64,000 nucleotides of DNA from an uncultured Thermoleophilia bacterium (GCA_963710065.1 CAVPYU010000001.1:84705-148704), one strand, 5' to 3'; positions 30,200-41,692 are shown, counted from the stretch's first letter. Notes: generated by a model from the letters alone, not told the origin. Made by a program: numbers and translations.

Positions 30200-31471
30200 T
30201 CACTTCAGGAAACCCTCGTAACTTCTCATCATTAACTGAGCCTCGAGTTGTTTCATGGTATCGAGCGCCACACCAACGACGATCAGCAGCGAGGTGCCAC
30301 CGAAGAAGAAGTTCGCACTTGTCTGGTTGATCATCAGCGTCGGTAAAGCGGCTACAGCTGCCAGGTAAAGCGCACCAGGGAATGTGAGTCGTGCGATTAT
30401 TCGATCCAGGTACTCGGCCGTCGGTCTTCCGGGTCTCACCCCGGGTATGAAGCCACCATACTTTTTCAAATTGTCGGCCTGGTCTACTGGATTGAAAGTT
30501 ACAGCAGTGTAGAAGTATGTGAAGATGATTATGAAGAAAACCTCTCCAACAAGATACGCCCAGCCGTTAGGACTGAAAAAAGCTGAGAAATCCTGAGCCC
30601 AGGGCGTCTGTATCAGCTGTCCTACGGTCGGAGGAAATGCCATCAGTGACGCGGCAAAGATGACCGGGATCACGCCAGCCATATTCACCCGCAACGGTAG
30701 GTATGTAGACCCACCACTGGTCATCCTGCGCCCTATCACCCTTTTTGCGTACTGGACAGGTATTCGTCGTTGTCCCTCCTGTATGAAGACGATCGCCGCG
30801 ATTACAGCGAGGGCAAGGAAAGGCATCCCAGCTACAAATATATCGTCGGGATTTGTCCACCAGGCTCTCAAACCGCCTGGTAGACCGGAGATGATGCTGG
30901 CGAAGATCATCAACGATATTCCGTTGCCGATCCCTCGCTGAGTTATCAGCTCCCCCATCCACATGAGTAGTGTCGTTCCAGCGGTAAGCGTCACAACCAC
31001 TAGGAATACCTTCCCTATCGTCAGCTGTCCGATTACGCTCGTACCTGCCTGGTTTTGGAAGGTTTGGAATAGAAATACATAACCTACCGACTGTGCTCCA
31101 GCGAGCGCCACCGTCAGGTAACGCGTGTACTGAGTTATCTTCTGCTGACCAACTTCACCCTCTTTTTGGAGTTTTTCCAGTGACGGCACAACGACTGTCA
31201 TTAACTGCAAGATGATCGATGCAGTGATGTAGGGCATTATTCCGAGTGCAAAAATCGCCATCCTTTGCAGGCCGCCACCAGAAAATAGGTTCAGGAAGCC
31301 GAGAATGTTCGAGCCGGTGAAGTTCGACTCGATCTCCTTGAGCGTATCTATGTCGATACCGGGAACAGGTACGTATGCCCCTAGCCTGTACAGAGCAAGC
31401 ATTGCTGCAGTAAAGGCTATTTTGCGCCGTATTTCGGGAACAGTGAAGGCGCTTAGTAGTGTTGCAACCAC
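30200..31471 (-). CDS. secY: Preprotein translocase SecY
   Basis: LGIMPYITASII, GIGNGISL, IPGVRPG, GGTSLLIVV. Confidence 0.98.
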   Translation of the reverse strand: MVATLLSAFTVPEIRRKIAFTAAMLALYRLGAYVPVPGIDIDTLKEIESNFTGSNILGFLNLFSGGGLQRMAIFALGIMPYITASIILQLMTVVVPSLEKLQKEGEVGQQKITQYTRYLTVALAGAQSVGYVFLFQTFQNQAGTSVIGQLTIGKVFLVVVTLTAGTTLLMWMGELITQRGIGNGISLMIFASIISGLPGGLRAWWTNPDDIFVAGMPFLALAVIAAIVFIQEGQRRIPVQYAKRVIGRRMTSGGSTYLPLRVNMAGVIPVIFAASLMAFPPTVGQLIQTPWAQDFSAFFSPNGWAYLVGEVFFIIIFTYFYTAVTFNPVDQADNLKKYGGFIPGVRPGRPTAEYLDRIIARLTFPGALYLAAVAALPTLMINQTSANFFFGGTSLLIVVGVALDTMKQLEAQLMMRSYEGFLK

Positions 31472-31965
31472 TAGTTTTCTGCCTCTATCACTTCTGCAGT
31501 GCCACCAGCTGCCTCAATCTTCTCCTTGGCAGAAGCACTGAAAGCGTGCGCCTTGATCGTAAGCTTCTTTTTTAGCTCGCCGCGAGCCAGAATTTTTACA
31601 GGCACCGATTTTTTCTTCGCCAGCCCATTCTCACGTAAAAGTTCCGGCGTTACAACCTCACCCTCCTTGAATTGGTTCAATTCGCTTACATTCACGGGCT
31701 GTGTCGAAGTCCGAAACATCTCGAACGGCATTGACTTCTTCATATGTGGGCCCCGCAGCTTGCGCATTCGCATATGGATCGGCGTCTGACCTCCCTCGTA
31801 GCCCAACTTGCGCTTGCTGCCCGAGCGGGCACCTGCTCCCCTGTGCCCACGCCCGGACGTCTTCCCCATGCCAGAGCCCTCGCCTCTACCGACGCGTTTC
31901 TTCTTCCTCGATGACCCCTTGGCGGGTTCTAGGTTGTGTAGGCCTATCCGATCCGAGCTGCTCAT
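31471..31965 (-). CDS. rplO: 50S ribosomal protein L15
   Basis: RVGRG.GSG.GKTSGRG, EGGQ.P, KIEAAGG. Confidence 0.97.
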   Translation of the reverse strand: MSSSDRIGLHNLEPAKGSSRKKKRVGRGEGSGMGKTSGRGHRGAGARSGSKRKLGYEGGQTPIHMRMRKLRGPHMKKSMPFEMFRTSTQPVNVSELNQFKEGEVVTPELLRENGLAKKKSVPVKILARGELKKKLTIKAHAFSASAKEKIEAAGGTAEVIEAEN

Positions 31966-31971
31966 TGGACT

Positions 31972-32580
31972 CTATGAAGCGATGTCCGCTTGGGTCGCAG
32001 TTTCTTCTGTTGTCGCTGTTGCTTCTTTGTTTGGCTCTTCCTGCGGCTTCTGATCATCAGCGGGGGGCTCAACCCCCAGAACCTCAGCAACAGTTTTCCC
32101 ACGCAGTCGAGCTACCTCTCTCGGGCTGGACAGAGATTTCAATCCTTGTACCGTTGCTTTCACCAGATTGATCGGGTTTTGGGTTCCGAGTGATTTTGAC
32201 AACACATCGCGTAGCCCTGCAAGCTCAAGGACCGCACGCACACCGCCACCCGCGATCACGCCCGTACCCGGGCTCGCAGGCTTTAGCAGCACCCTACCCG
32301 CGCCATATCTACCGACAATTTCATGTGTGATTGTCGACTTGTACATCGGCACCCTAAAAAGGTTTTCCTTGGCTCGATCGACACCTTTCTGAATTGCCAT
32401 AGGCACTTCATTCGCCTTCCCGTAACCAACTCCGACAAGCGACTTCTCGTCGCCTACGGCAACCAGCGCTGTGAACGAGAACCTACGTCCGCCCTTTACA
32501 ACCTTGGCAACACGGTTGATCTCGATTACCCGCTCTTGCAGGTCAAGTCCCTTTGGATTTATATCTTTTTTGCCGCTCAT
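31972..32580 (-). CDS. rpsE: 30S ribosomal protein S5 (acidic C-terminal tail)
   Basis: [24 protein letters not shown]. Confidence 0.97.
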   Translation of the reverse strand: MSGKKDINPKGLDLQERVIEINRVAKVVKGGRRFSFTALVAVGDEKSLVGVGYGKANEVPMAIQKGVDRAKENLFRVPMYKSTITHEIVGRYGAGRVLLKPASPGTGVIAGGGVRAVLELAGLRDVLSKSLGTQNPINLVKATVQGLKSLSSPREVARLRGKTVAEVLGVEPPADDQKPQEEPNKEATATTEETATQADIAS

Positions 32581-32594
32581 TTTCGTTGAGGTTA

Positions 32595-32948
32595 CTAGAA
32601 AACTAGCCCTCCCTCGCGTGCACCATCCGCCGCAGCCTTTACTCGACCATGGTAGAGATATCCGCCACGATCGAACACACAGGTTTCGATGTTTTTCTTC
32701 TTTGCGCGCTCCGCCAGAGTCTTGCCCACTTTATCCGCCTGTTGCATCGGCGCCAATTTCCGCAGCTCCTTCTCGGTCCAAGTAGCAGCCACCAGCGTGT
32801 GACCCTTGTCGTCGTCCACGAGCTGTCCCGAGACGCCTCTGTTGGAGCGGAATATGGAAAGCCTTGGCCGAGTCGCTGATCCGCTGACCTTCGACCGTAC
32901 TCTCCGGCGTCGTTTTTCACGTGCTTTTGTCTTCTTGCTCATTGCCAT
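32595..32948 (-). CDS. rplR: 50S ribosomal protein L18
   Basis: [22 protein letters not shown]. Confidence 0.97.
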   Translation of the reverse strand: MAMSKKTKAREKRRRRVRSKVSGSATRPRLSIFRSNRGVSGQLVDDDKGHTLVAATWTEKELRKLAPMQQADKVGKTLAERAKKKNIETCVFDRGGYLYHGRVKAAADGAREGGLVF

Positions 32949-32974
32949 CTCGGTCACCGCGCGCCATTTGGTCT

Positions 32975-33508
32975 CTATGCGCGCTTACCTTCCTTTCGAA
33001 CAACATGCTCACCCTGATAGCGAATCCCCTTGCCCTTATACGGCTCTGGAGGCCGTGTCTTGCGCACCTCTGCCGCTACCTGTCCCACGAGCTGTTTATC
33101 TATCCCTCGTACGACTACTTCAGTCTGTGACGGTAGCTCAAACTCGATATCTTCTGGAGCTGAGATCAAAACCGGGTGTGACAGACCGACAGACAGTTCA
33201 AGCTGCTTACCCTTCAGTTTGGCACGATAACCGACACCCTGGATCTCAAGCCGTTTCTCGTAGCCATCGCGTACTCCCTCAATCATGTTGGAGATAATTG
33301 ATCGAGTTAGACCGTGAAGCGCCTTGTGCTCGCCCCGATCACTGGGCCGTTCAACAATCACCTCATCGTCTGCTTTCTTGACGCTCATCTCAGGTGAGAC
33401 CTGCCGAGCAAGCTCACCCTTTACACCCTTGACGCTTACCAGCGAGCTCTTTATCGAAACATCCACCCCGTCAGGTATCTCAATCGGTTTGTTGCCAATG
33501 CGACTCAT
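32975..33508 (-). CDS. rplF: 50S ribosomal protein L6
   Basis: MSRIG, GVGYRA, PEPYKGKGIRY. Confidence 0.97.
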   Translation of the reverse strand: MSRIGNKPIEIPDGVDVSIKSSLVSVKGVKGELARQVSPEMSVKKADDEVIVERPSDRGEHKALHGLTRSIISNMIEGVRDGYEKRLEIQGVGYRAKLKGKQLELSVGLSHPVLISAPEDIEFELPSQTEVVVRGIDKQLVGQVAAEVRKTRPPEPYKGKGIRYQGEHVVRKEGKRA

Positions 33509-33529
33509 AAGACTAAATCGACCACCCAG

Positions 33530-33922
33530 TTACCAAACGTATGCCATAAGTTCGCCACCGATTCCTCGCTTGCGGGCCTGGTGGCCTGACATCACGCCTT
33601 GCGAAGTCGACAGCACGGTTGTACCCATACCGCCTCGTACTCTCGGAATCTCTGCACAGGTCACGTAACTTCGCCTTCCAGGAGTCGATATCCGCTTCAA
33701 ACCCATGATCACAGAGCGTCCCTCATCGACGTACTTCAAGTCGATTCGGATGGCCTTGCCGACTCGTCGATCTTCGACTTCGAAGCCTTCGATATAGCCC
33801 TCATCTTTGAGAAGACCCGCCACCTCCACCTTCAAGTTTGATGCCGGAATCTCGACCTGCTCATATCCCGCTGCTAGAGCGTTTCGTATTCGTGTTAGAA
33901 AGTCAGCGACAGGGTCATTCAT
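33530..33922 (-). CDS. rpsH: 30S ribosomal protein S8
   Basis: DPVADFLTRIRNA, STPGRR, GIGGE. Confidence 0.97.
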   Translation of the reverse strand: MNDPVADFLTRIRNALAAGYEQVEIPASNLKVEVAGLLKDEGYIEGFEVEDRRVGKAIRIDLKYVDEGRSVIMGLKRISTPGRRSYVTCAEIPRVRGGMGTTVLSTSQGVMSGHQARKRGIGGELMAYVW

Positions 33923-33935
33923 CGGTAGTCTCCAC

Positions 33936-34121
33936 TCACCAGCTTGATTTGGTCATTCCAGGGATCATGCCCTCATGTGCCAGTTCGCGTAGGCAGATTC
34001 TGCATAGTCCAAATTTTTTATAGTACGCCCTCGACCGTCCGCATCGCCTGCAGCGATTGTAGGCCCGCGTCTTGTACTTAGGTGTTCTTGACTGTTTTAC
34101 CTTCAGTGATTCTTTAGCCAT
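33936..34121 (-). CDS. rpsN: 30S ribosomal protein S14 (type Z, Zn-binding)
   Basis: RCRRCGR...CRIC, 61 aa. Confidence 0.96.
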   Translation of the reverse strand: MAKESLKVKQSRTPKYKTRAYNRCRRCGRSRAYYKKFGLCRICLRELAHEGMIPGMTKSSW

Positions 34122-34150
34122 CAATGTCCAATGTTAGGTAGTTATTCAAA

Positions 34151-34903
34151 TTAATGTTCCTCGCCCTGCTCGTTCTGCTGCAAATCATCGTCTTCAGTCT
34201 CCTCGCCGACAGGCTCCTCAGCCTCCGCTCCACTATCTTGTTTTACTACCTCGACTGAAGCTTTTTCGCTCTCCGGATCATCTGAAGGTTCTGCACTGGC
34301 CTCCTCAGGCTCAACCTCTGGCTTATTTTGACCGTCTTTTTCCGGCCGGCTCTGCTGTTCCTCGATACGACGAAACGGGAACCCAAAAGCATCTAGTAGC
34401 TGGCGAGCCTCGTCATCTGTGGCCGCAGTTGTCGCGATCGTCACGTCAAGGCCCCGAACCTCGTCTATCGAATCGTAATCTATCTCAGGAAAAACTATCT
34501 GTTCTTTTATCCCAAATGAGAAGTTGCCCCTCCCGTCAAACGAGCGTGGGTTTAGTCCCCGAAAGTCACGAACTCTCGGAATTGCGATCGTAGTTATTCG
34601 ATCAAAAAGCTCATACATGCGCTCGCGCCTCACGGTCACGGCTACGCCGACGGGCATACCTTCCCTTACCTTGAATCCTGCGACCGATGTTTTGGCGTGC
34701 CTGACCGATGGATGCTGTCCCGCAATCTTAGATAGCTGCTCTACTGCGGCATCCAACATTTTAGTGTTCTGCTTAGCGTCGCCAACCCCCATGTTGAGCA
34801 CTATCTTCTCAAGTTTAGGAACTTGCTCAATGCTCCCGTAGCCCATGTCTTCCTTCAACTTGGGACGAATCTCGGAGAAGTATTTTTCCTTTAAACGTGA
34901 CAT
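34151..34903 (-). CDS. rplE: 50S ribosomal protein L5 with ~70-aa acidic C-terminal extension
   Basis: [31 protein letters not shown]. Confidence 0.97.
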   Translation of the reverse strand: MSRLKEKYFSEIRPKLKEDMGYGSIEQVPKLEKIVLNMGVGDAKQNTKMLDAAVEQLSKIAGQHPSVRHAKTSVAGFKVREGMPVGVAVTVRRERMYELFDRITTIAIPRVRDFRGLNPRSFDGRGNFSFGIKEQIVFPEIDYDSIDEVRGLDVTIATTAATDDEARQLLDAFGFPFRRIEEQQSRPEKDGQNKPEVEPEEASAEPSDDPESEKASVEVVKQDSGAEAEEPVGEETEDDDLQQNEQGEEH

Positions 34904-35241
34904 CAGTCCAGTACCTCGTTAGAGCGACGGGTCACGCGCATCCGCTTGCCGTCTTTACGTTCTATACCAATCCGTGACGGAAGGCCCGATTTTGGTTCGA
35001 TCAGCATCACGTTGCTTACATGGATGGGGCCCTCTTTCTCGATCACTCCACCGACCTTGCCACCCTTTTGCGCATCCTTTACTGAGCGGGGACGCTGGTG
35101 ACGTTTAACCATGTTCAATTGCTCAACATAGAGTCGTTTCTTTTTTGGCTCAACACGGATCACCTTACCGGTCTTACCCTCATCCTTGCCGGTGATCACT
35201 TTGACCATGTCACCTTGTTTGATCCTTAGATTTCGTGCCAT
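34903..35241 (-). CDS. rplX: 50S ribosomal protein L24
   Basis: [23 protein letters not shown]. Confidence 0.97.
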   Translation of the reverse strand: MARNLRIKQGDMVKVITGKDEGKTGKVIRVEPKKKRLYVEQLNMVKRHQRPRSVKDAQKGGKVGGVIEKEGPIHVSNVMLIEPKSGLPSRIGIERKDGKRMRVTRRSNEVLD

Positions 35242-35281
35242 CAGCGATCACCAACTACCCAAAGTTTCGTTACAACCACGT

Positions 35282-35650
35282 CTAAAGCACCTCCGGTGCG
35301 AGCGAGATGATCCTCATGAAGTTGCGTTCTCTCAACTCTCTACCGACCGGGCCGAATATTCTTGTTCCTCGAGGGTTCATTGTCTTATCGATCAATACGG
35401 CAGCGTTCTCATCAAACGAGATGTATGTTCCGTCATCTCTTCCTATCTCCTTGGTCGTGCGAACAACTACAGCCTCAACGACCTCTCCCCGCTTCACAGT
35501 CCCGCGAGGTGAGGCTACCTTGATGCTCCCCACGATCACGTCTCCCACGCTCGCACAACGGCGTCTCGACCCACCGAGCACTCTAATGCAGAGTAGCTCT
35601 CTGGCTCCCGTGTTATCGACAACTTTTAGCCTTGTCTCTGCCTGGACCAC
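35282..35650 (-). CDS. rplN: 50S ribosomal protein L14
   Basis: [27 protein letters not shown]. Confidence 0.97.
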   Translation of the reverse strand: MVQAETRLKVVDNTGARELLCIRVLGGSRRRCASVGDVIVGSIKVASPRGTVKRGEVVEAVVVRTTKEIGRDDGTYISFDENAAVLIDKTMNPRGTRIFGPVGRELRERNFMRIISLAPEVL

Positions 35651-35662
35651 TGAAAAACCCCT

Positions 35663-36355
35663 CTACCGAGCCCTCTTGATTATCTCGTCCAGCCGCCAGC
35701 GCTTAGTACGAGACATCGGACGACACTCAATCACGTTGACAGTATCTCCCTCTTTGGCCTCGTTGCGCTCATCGTGAACATGAATTTTCCTGGTACGTCG
35801 TAAAATTTTCTTATAAGTGGGGTGCGGCTTTCGCGATTCGATTAGAACCGTAATCGTCTTGTCCGCTTTTCCAGAGACAACGACACCCTTGCGCTTCTTG
35901 ATCAGGTTACGCGGTTTAGCCGTTGCAGCAGCCACCAAAGGTGCGGCAGCTTGTTCACTCTTCTTCTTGCGCTTCTCTTTATATCGCAACCTCGTACGTT
36001 TGCGAGCCTCTGCCTTCTCCGCCTTGATCTTGGTGCGTCTATTTATCCGCTCTTCAGCTGACATCGGCGGATTGGCTGACTTACGCTGCGTGGATCGCTC
36101 CAGCTTGCGAATCTTTCTGGGACTAAGTTTTTCCTCTTCGTCTTCCTCTGCCTGTTCGGTTTTCGGTTCCTCAGGCTTTTTCTCTTCAGCTTTCGGCTCC
36201 TCAGGCTTTGCCTCTTCAGCTTTCGGTTCCTCAGGCTTTTTCTCTTCAGCTTTCGGTTCTGCAGCGTCGTTCATCTCTGTCTCGTTCTTGCCAGCGTCGG
36301 TTATCTCTTCCTGCTCGACTTCTTTACTTTCTTTTTTCTCTTTATCGTTAACCAT
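35663..36355 (-). CDS. rpsQ: 30S ribosomal protein S17 with ~150-aa N-terminal extension
   Basis: C-terminal GVVVS.K.DKTI...HDE.N...ECRPMS.TKRWRL. Confidence 0.95.
   Translation of the reverse strand: MVNDKEKKESKEVEQEEITDAGKNETEMNDAAEPKAEEKKPEEPKAEEAKPEEPKAEEKKPEEPKTEQAEEDEEEKLSPRKIRKLERSTQRKSANPPMSAEERINRRTKIKAEKAEARKRTRLRYKEKRKKKSEQAAAPLVAAATAKPRNLIKKRKGVVVSGKADKTITVLIESRKPHPTYKKILRRTRKIHVHDERNEAKEGDTVNVIECRPMSRTKRWRLDEIIKRAR
36161..36259. repeat. In-frame 30-nt tandem repeat (EPKAEE[K/A]KPE) within rpsQ extension
   Basis: TTTCGG(T/C)TCCTCAGGCTTT(TT/GC)CTCTTCAGC about 3.3 copies. Confidence 0.9.
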
Positions 36356-36574
36356 CTATTCCCCCGTCGGCACGTTTGCCTTAATCTCTATGCTCCGTTG
36401 CCGGGCTACAGTCAGCGCCCTGGCCAACTCTTTTTTCACATGTCCTACTTTTGCAGTATTTTCCAACTCACCCGTCGCATGCTGAAATTTTAAGTTGAAC
36501 AGCTCCTCACGAGTCTTTCGCACGTGTTCCGCAAGCTGATCGTTGCGCATCGTCTGAATATCCGACGCTTTCAT
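36356..36574 (-). CDS. rpmC: 50S ribosomal protein L29
   Basis: ELFNLKFQHATGELEN; position between rplP and rpsQ. Confidence 0.95.
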   Translation of the reverse strand: MKASDIQTMRNDQLAEHVRKTREELFNLKFQHATGELENTAKVGHVKKELARALTVARQRSIEIKANVPTGE

Positions 36575-36987
36575 CAGCGCTCCACCCTAGCGGCCATCTT
36601 TGTCTTTATCGGCAGCTTATGACCAGCAAGCCTTAGAGCTTCCTTTGCCAAGGGTTCCGACACTCCAGCGATCTCAAACATGACCCGCCCTGGCTTTACG
36701 ACTGCTACCCACTCCTCTGGATTGCCCTTCCCCGAGCCCATCCTGGTTTCCGCTGGTTTTTTTGTAACAGGCTTGTCTGGAAAAACATTTACCCACACCT
36801 TGCCACCGCGCTTGATTTTGCGCGTCATCGCGATTCGAGCAGCCTCGATCTGACGGTTTGTAACCCAGCCAGGTTCCATGCTTTTGAGGCCGTACTCGCC
36901 GAAGGAGACCTCGGTACCGCCCTTGGATACACCACGCATGCGACCGCGATGCTGTTTGCGATATTTGACGCGCTTAGGCATGAGCAT
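36574..36987 (-). CDS. rplP: 50S ribosomal protein L16
   Basis: [18 protein letters not shown]. Confidence 0.97.
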   Translation of the reverse strand: MLMPKRVKYRKQHRGRMRGVSKGGTEVSFGEYGLKSMEPGWVTNRQIEAARIAMTRKIKRGGKVWVNVFPDKPVTKKPAETRMGSGKGNPEEWVAVVKPGRVMFEIAGVSEPLAKEALRLAGHKLPIKTKMAARVER

Positions 36988-37901
36988 TACTGCTCAATCT
37001 CCTCTTTATCGGCCTCGTCCTCGTCCTTCTTCTCAGCGACAGCTTCTTTCTCGTCCTTCTTCTCCTCGTCCTTCTTCTCAGCGACAGCTTCTTGCTTGTC
37101 CTTCTTCTCAGCGACAGCTTCTTTCTCGTCCTTCTTCTCCTCGTCCTTCTTCTCGCCGTGCTTCTCACCGCCGGTCAATTTCTTACCGCCCTTTTCCCCG
37201 GGCGCTTTCCTTTTCTCATCTCTCTTTTTCTTGACCTGACTTGCACTGCTGTCAGTTGGCTCGTCCGTGAAGCCCTCCGGCATAACTTCGCCCTTGTTTA
37301 TCCAGCACTTGACTCCTATCCTGCCAGCGGTGGTCTTTGCCTCAGCGAACCCGTAGTCGATTTCGGCTCTCATCGTATGCAGCGGCACGCTACCGTCGGA
37401 GTAACTCTGTCTACGCGCCATCTCAGCTCCACCCAACCTACCTGACACCTGAATGCGTACACCTTTAGCGCCAGAGCGAATAGCGGAGGTAAGAGCACGT
37501 TTCATCGCCCTACGGTAAGCAACACGACCTTGAAGTTGTTCTGCGATCGACTGTGCAACAAGTTTCGCGTCTAGTTCGGGCCGCTTGACCTCCAAAATAT
37601 TTACCTTCACCTGCTTGCCGGTCAAATCATGTAACTCTTTCCGTAATGCATCCACTTCCGAGCCCGATTTGCCGATGACAATTCCCGGTCTCGCTGTGTT
37701 TATGTCCACTGTGACGTCGCTTGTACTTTTCCGAATAGTTATGTCAGATAGCCCTGCGTGTGCCAGTTTCTCGTTTATATGCTCGCGTATCTTGATGTCC
37801 TCGTTTAACTTATCGGCGAAATCGCGCTCGGCGAACCAAACTGACTTCCAGTCCATTATGTAGCCGACACGCAGACTTGTTGGATGTACCTTTTGTCCCA
37901 T
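36987..37901 (-). CDS. rpsC: 30S ribosomal protein S3 with charged repeat C-terminal tail
   Basis: [24 protein letters not shown]. Confidence 0.97.
   Translation of the reverse strand: MGQKVHPTSLRVGYIMDWKSVWFAERDFADKLNEDIKIREHINEKLAHAGLSDITIRKSTSDVTVDINTARPGIVIGKSGSEVDALRKELHDLTGKQVKVNILEVKRPELDAKLVAQSIAEQLQGRVAYRRAMKRALTSAIRSGAKGVRIQVSGRLGGAEMARRQSYSDGSVPLHTMRAEIDYGFAEAKTTAGRIGVKCWINKGEVMPEGFTDEPTDSSASQVKKKRDEKRKAPGEKGGKKLTGGEKHGEKKDEEKKDEKEAVAEKKDKQEAVAEKKDEEKKDEKEAVAEKKDEDEADKEEIEQ
37015..37154. repeat. In-frame EKKDE / EAVAEKKD repeats in rpsC tail
   Basis: Repeated GTCCTTCTTCTC and AGCGACAGCTTCTT blocks. Confidence 0.85.
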
Positions 37902-37916
37902 AATCAAATCCCCCGG

Positions 37917-38648
37917 TTAGTCGGCCTCTCTACCGCTCGATGCAGCTTCTGAGTCAAATGTGGTCAGTGATAGCGTTAGATGGCTGGTGCGTTTGTGAAT
38001 CGGAGTCGCTCTTCCCATGGCACGAGGTCGGAATCGCTTCAACGTCGGTCCCTCGTCAACCATTAGCTCGTTTATGGCAAGATCCTCCTCGTCCAACTCA
38101 AGGTTGTTCTCTGCGTTGGCCACTGCCGAGTCGAGCAAGCTTGCGAGCTGCTTTGCCACTCCCCGTGTTGAGAGTAGAAGCGTTGCACGTGCCTGGTCAA
38201 CGGTCTTGCCCCTGATCTGATCGGCAACCACCCTCGCTTTTCGGGGTGATGTTCGAACGTACCTTGCTTTTGCGGTTATAACCGGGCGCTCAAGCTCGTC
38301 TACACCAACGGATCGCTTGGCAGTAGATGTGGCCTCCTGGCTTTTGCCCTTTTTCTTCGCCATCGGAGCCTTGTCAGCCGCAGGCTTTTTCTCACTCTTC
38401 TCGGGCTTCGCGGTCGCTTTTTTTACAGCTTTGCTTCCCTCACGTTTCGCCTTGCCTTCAGATTCCTTCTTGCCTTTCTTTTCGCCAGACTTGGGTCGTG
38501 TCGACTTGGCTTTAGCCTTACCCGACAACTTCTTGTCGGTTGATTTCTTCTCGGATGGAGTTTTCTTCTTCGCCCGATCCTCACCGGTAGGCGCGCCGCT
38601 CGCTTTTTCCTTGCCCATCTCTTCTTTTCTATCTTTTTCCGCCATCAT
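37917..38648 (-). CDS. rplV: 50S ribosomal protein L22 with ~120-aa Lys-rich N-terminal extension
   Basis: [32 protein letters not shown]. Confidence 0.95.
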   Translation of the reverse strand: MMAEKDRKEEMGKEKASGAPTGEDRAKKKTPSEKKSTDKKLSGKAKAKSTRPKSGEKKGKKESEGKAKREGSKAVKKATAKPEKSEKKPAADKAPMAKKKGKSQEATSTAKRSVGVDELERPVITAKARYVRTSPRKARVVADQIRGKTVDQARATLLLSTRGVAKQLASLLDSAVANAENNLELDEEDLAINELMVDEGPTLKRFRPRAMGRATPIHKRTSHLTLSLTTFDSEAASSGREAD

Positions 38649-38935
38649 GTTGCTTCCTTAGACCTTGCTCCCTCGCCGGATCCTGAGTGTGCACGGAAGG
38701 TGCGGGTAGGTGCAAACTCGCCAAGACTGTGTCCGACCATCCCCTCGGTGATGAAGACCGGTACATGTTTACGCCCGTCGTGAACAGCGATAGTGTGACC
38801 CACCATCTCTGGAAATATGGTCGACTGTCGTGACCACGTCTTGACCACATGCTTCTCCCCGGATTCGTTCAATACCTCGATCTTACGTAGTAACTTCTCG
38901 TCGGCCCAGGGGCCTTTTTTTGTCGATCTGCCCAT
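38645..38935 (-). CDS. rpsS: 30S ribosomal protein S19
   Basis: [23 protein letters not shown]. Confidence 0.97.
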   Translation of the reverse strand: MGRSTKKGPWADEKLLRKIEVLNESGEKHVVKTWSRQSTIFPEMVGHTIAVHDGRKHVPVFITEGMVGHSLGEFAPTRTFRAHSGSGEGARSKEAT

Positions 38936-38937
38936 GT

Positions 38938-39774
38938 CTAGTTCTTGCCCCTCCTGCGACCACGGACAATGAGCTTGTCCGAGTCCTTTCCCTTTTTCCG
39001 TGTTCTGTAGCCGAGTGTCGGCTTGCCCCACGGTGTAACCGGGTGCCTACCCGATGTTGTAGACCCTTCTCCGCCTCCGTGCGGGTGATCCACGGGGTTC
39101 ATCGCCGTGCCACGAGTTTGTGGACGCTTGCCCTTCCAACGTGCACGACCAGCCTTACCGAGCTTGATGTTCTGATGCTCGCTGTTACCCACGGCACCGA
39201 TGGTTGCTCTACAGTTGACATGCGTTAACCGAACCTCACCTGACGGCATCCGTAACGTAGCCATATCCTTTTCCTTGGCAGTAAGTTGAATTGCCATACC
39301 GGCTGAACGTCCCAACTGTCCTCCAAGACCGGGGCTCAGCTCCACGTTATGGACGACGGATCCCGTCGGCATGTCCTTCAACGCCAGGCAGTTTCCAATC
39401 TGAATCTCTGCTTTTGGGCCAGACTCAACCTTTGTCCCAACTTCCAGTTTTTCGGGAGCAAGAATGTACCTCTTCTCTCCATCTGCGTAATGCAAAAGAG
39501 CGATGTGGGCCGAGCGATTTGGATCGTACTCGATCGCCGCAACGGTGGCGGGCACCCCATCCTTGTCGCGACGGAAATCTATTTTTCGTAGGCGGCGTTT
39601 ATGGCCACCGCCCTTATGACGGCTCGTGATCCGGCCATAGGAGTTACGTCCGCCAGTCGAGGGCTTGCCGCTGGTCAGCTTCTTCTCGGGCTTCGATCGT
39701 GTTAGCTCGGGGGAGTCCACCAAGATGGAAAATCGTCGTCCCGGAGATGTCGGTTTAAATTTCTTTGTCGCCAT
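38938..39774 (-). CDS. rplB: 50S ribosomal protein L2
   Basis: [22 protein letters not shown]. Confidence 0.98.
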   Translation of the reverse strand: MATKKFKPTSPGRRFSILVDSPELTRSKPEKKLTSGKPSTGGRNSYGRITSRHKGGGHKRRLRKIDFRRDKDGVPATVAAIEYDPNRSAHIALLHYADGEKRYILAPEKLEVGTKVESGPKAEIQIGNCLALKDMPTGSVVHNVELSPGLGGQLGRSAGMAIQLTAKEKDMATLRMPSGEVRLTHVNCRATIGAVGNSEHQNIKLGKAGRARWKGKRPQTRGTAMNPVDHPHGGGEGSTTSGRHPVTPWGKPTLGYRTRKKGKDSDKLIVRGRRRGKN

Positions 39775-39801
39775 TGAGTATCTACCTATTCCTTGCTTCG
39801 G

Positions 39802-40101
39802 TCACCTTGCGTGCGTGGTCTCAAACAACTCGATCGTGTCTCCTGGAGCCAGCTCCACAATCGCTTTTTTCCAGCTTCGTGTTTTACCCGAGGTCAGTCC
39901 GCGCCTCTTCGGCTTTGAGCGCACCTTTATTGTTCTCACTCCCACTACCTTCACGTCAAAGATTTCCTCTATCGCGTCTCTAATATGAACCTTGTTTGCC
40001 CTTGCATGCACTCTAAAGCTGTACTTGTTTGTCGCCATAAGCGCATAGCTTTTCTCGCTAACTACCGGCGCGATTATTACCTGTCTGGCGTCCACGCTCA
40101 T
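39802..40101 (-). CDS. rplW: 50S ribosomal protein L23
   Basis: PVVSEKS, WKKAIV. Confidence 0.96.
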   Translation of the reverse strand: MSVDARQVIIAPVVSEKSYALMATNKYSFRVHARANKVHIRDAIEEIFDVKVVGVRTIKVRSKPKRRGLTSGKTRSWKKAIVELAPGDTIELFETTHAR

Positions 40102-40754
40102 TCACCCTCTCCGGTAGAGCCTTGTCTATCGTCGTGAGCGACAGCACGTGAGGCCAAAAGGTCCAAAGCGGCCGGCGTAACAACCAAGGAAGCAGCGCGG
40201 ATTATTTCGGTAACCGTCGCGTCCACCGACGATTGGACATCCACCTGAGCGAGATTCCTAAAAGATTTTGCACAGGCCTCCTCGTCGTCAGCTAAAAGAA
40301 CGAGGGTCGGTGCATCTGCACCCCACTTTGATAGAAGCTCGTCTGCCTTGCTCGTCTTTGGCTCATCAAAGGATTCTGGGTCGACAACAGCGATACTCTT
40401 CCTGGCAGCGTGTAACGAAAGCGCAGCCCGGAGAGCTTTCTTTCTGGCCTTTCGGTTGACTTTCATCGTGTAATGACGTGGCGACGGACCGAAGGTCGTT
40501 CCTCCACCGGTCCAGATCGGCGATCTGATCGAGCCCGCTCTCGCGCGACCCGTTCCCTTCTGACGCCAGGGTTTGATGCCTCCGCCTCTCACCATAGCCC
40601 TCGTTTTTGTCGAGGCAGTGCCCGCGCGAAGTGCAGCCATCTCCGCCTTTACGGTCTCGTGCACGAGTGGACCGTTGAACTTCTCGCTGAAAATCTGCGG
40701 CGGTAGTGCAACGTTGCCGCTTGCTCCAAGTCTTTCAGCCTTATTCTCAGCCAC
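40098..40754 (-). CDS. rplD: 50S ribosomal protein L4
   Basis: KPWRQKGTGRARAGS; GTG start 40754. Confidence 0.96.
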   Translation of the reverse strand: MAENKAERLGASGNVALPPQIFSEKFNGPLVHETVKAEMAALRAGTASTKTRAMVRGGGIKPWRQKGTGRARAGSIRSPIWTGGGTTFGPSPRHYTMKVNRKARKKALRAALSLHAARKSIAVVDPESFDEPKTSKADELLSKWGADAPTLVLLADDEEACAKSFRNLAQVDVQSSVDATVTEIIRAASLVVTPAALDLLASRAVAHDDRQGSTGEGE

Positions 40755-41358
40755 TTCGCACCTCCACGAAGCCACCGACAGGACCCGGGATCGAGCCTTT
40801 TATTAGCAGCAGGTTCCTTTCGCTGTCTATGTCTACCACCTCGAGACCAGCCTGTGTCACGCGCTTATTTCCCATGTGACCGGGCATCTTCATTCCTTTA
40901 ATCACCTTTGCTGGTGTGGCACTTGCCCCGATAGATCCAGGTGCCCGCCCATGACGCGATCCGTGCGAGACGGGACCACGATGCGCACCGTGCCGTTTGA
41001 TGTTGCCCTGGAATCCTTTTCCTTTCGAACGAGCCGTTACTCTAATGCGCTGGCCCTTCTCGAACGACTCAACAGTTACCTGGTCACCTATCTTGAGCTC
41101 CTGCTGTCCTCTGAACTCAGCCAGTGTGCGACTTGGATCAGCTCCTGCCTTTTTCAAGTGACCCAGCTCAGCCTTCGTTAAACGCGAACTCTTGACCTCT
41201 CCAAAGGCGAGCTGGACTGCATCGTAACCGTCCTTCTCGTGCGTGCGCACAGCCGTGACCGTACAGGGACCAGCCTCAACCGCAGTCACCGGAATGACGT
41301 TCCCTTGTTCGGAGAAAAGTTGAGTCATGCCGAGCTTTGTCCCTACTATCCCAGCCAC
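40747..41358 (-). CDS. rplC: 50S ribosomal protein L3
   Basis: KLGMTQ, DGY.AVQ, SKGKGFQG, GHMG; start 41358 or 41370. Confidence 0.96.
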   Translation of the reverse strand: MAGIVGTKLGMTQLFSEQGNVIPVTAVEAGPCTVTAVRTHEKDGYDAVQLAFGEVKSSRLTKAELGHLKKAGADPSRTLAEFRGQQELKIGDQVTVESFEKGQRIRVTARSKGKGFQGNIKRHGAHRGPVSHGSRHGRAPGSIGASATPAKVIKGMKMPGHMGNKRVTQAGLEVVDIDSERNLLLIKGSIPGPVGGFVEVRSG

Positions 41359-41371
41359 TTCTAAATCCACC

Positions 41372-41692
41372 TTAAAGCCGTATCTCTATGTCAACGCCGG
41401 CAGGCAGTTGGTCAAGCCGTTGCAGCGAGTCAACCGTGCGCGGTGTCGGCTGTTCTATATCGATCAGCCGCTTGTGGGTACGTATTTCAAAATGTTCACG
41501 CGAGTCCTTGTCCTTGAACGGACTTCTGATAACGCAGTAGATATTCTTCTCTGTGGGCAGAGGCACAGGCCCGGTGACGGATGCGCCTGTACGTTCTGCT
41601 GTTTCCACGATCTCCACAGCCGCACGATCGATCGCTTCATGGTCGAATGCCTTCAGCCTGATACGAATTTTGTTTTGAGTCAGTGTAACCAT
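41372..41692 (-). CDS. rpsJ: 30S ribosomal protein S10
   Basis: [29 protein letters not shown]. Confidence 0.97.
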   Translation of the reverse strand: MVTLTQNKIRIRLKAFDHEAIDRAAVEIVETAERTGASVTGPVPLPTEKNIYCVIRSPFKDKDSREHFEIRTHKRLIDIEQPTPRTVDSLQRLDQLPAGVDIEIRL

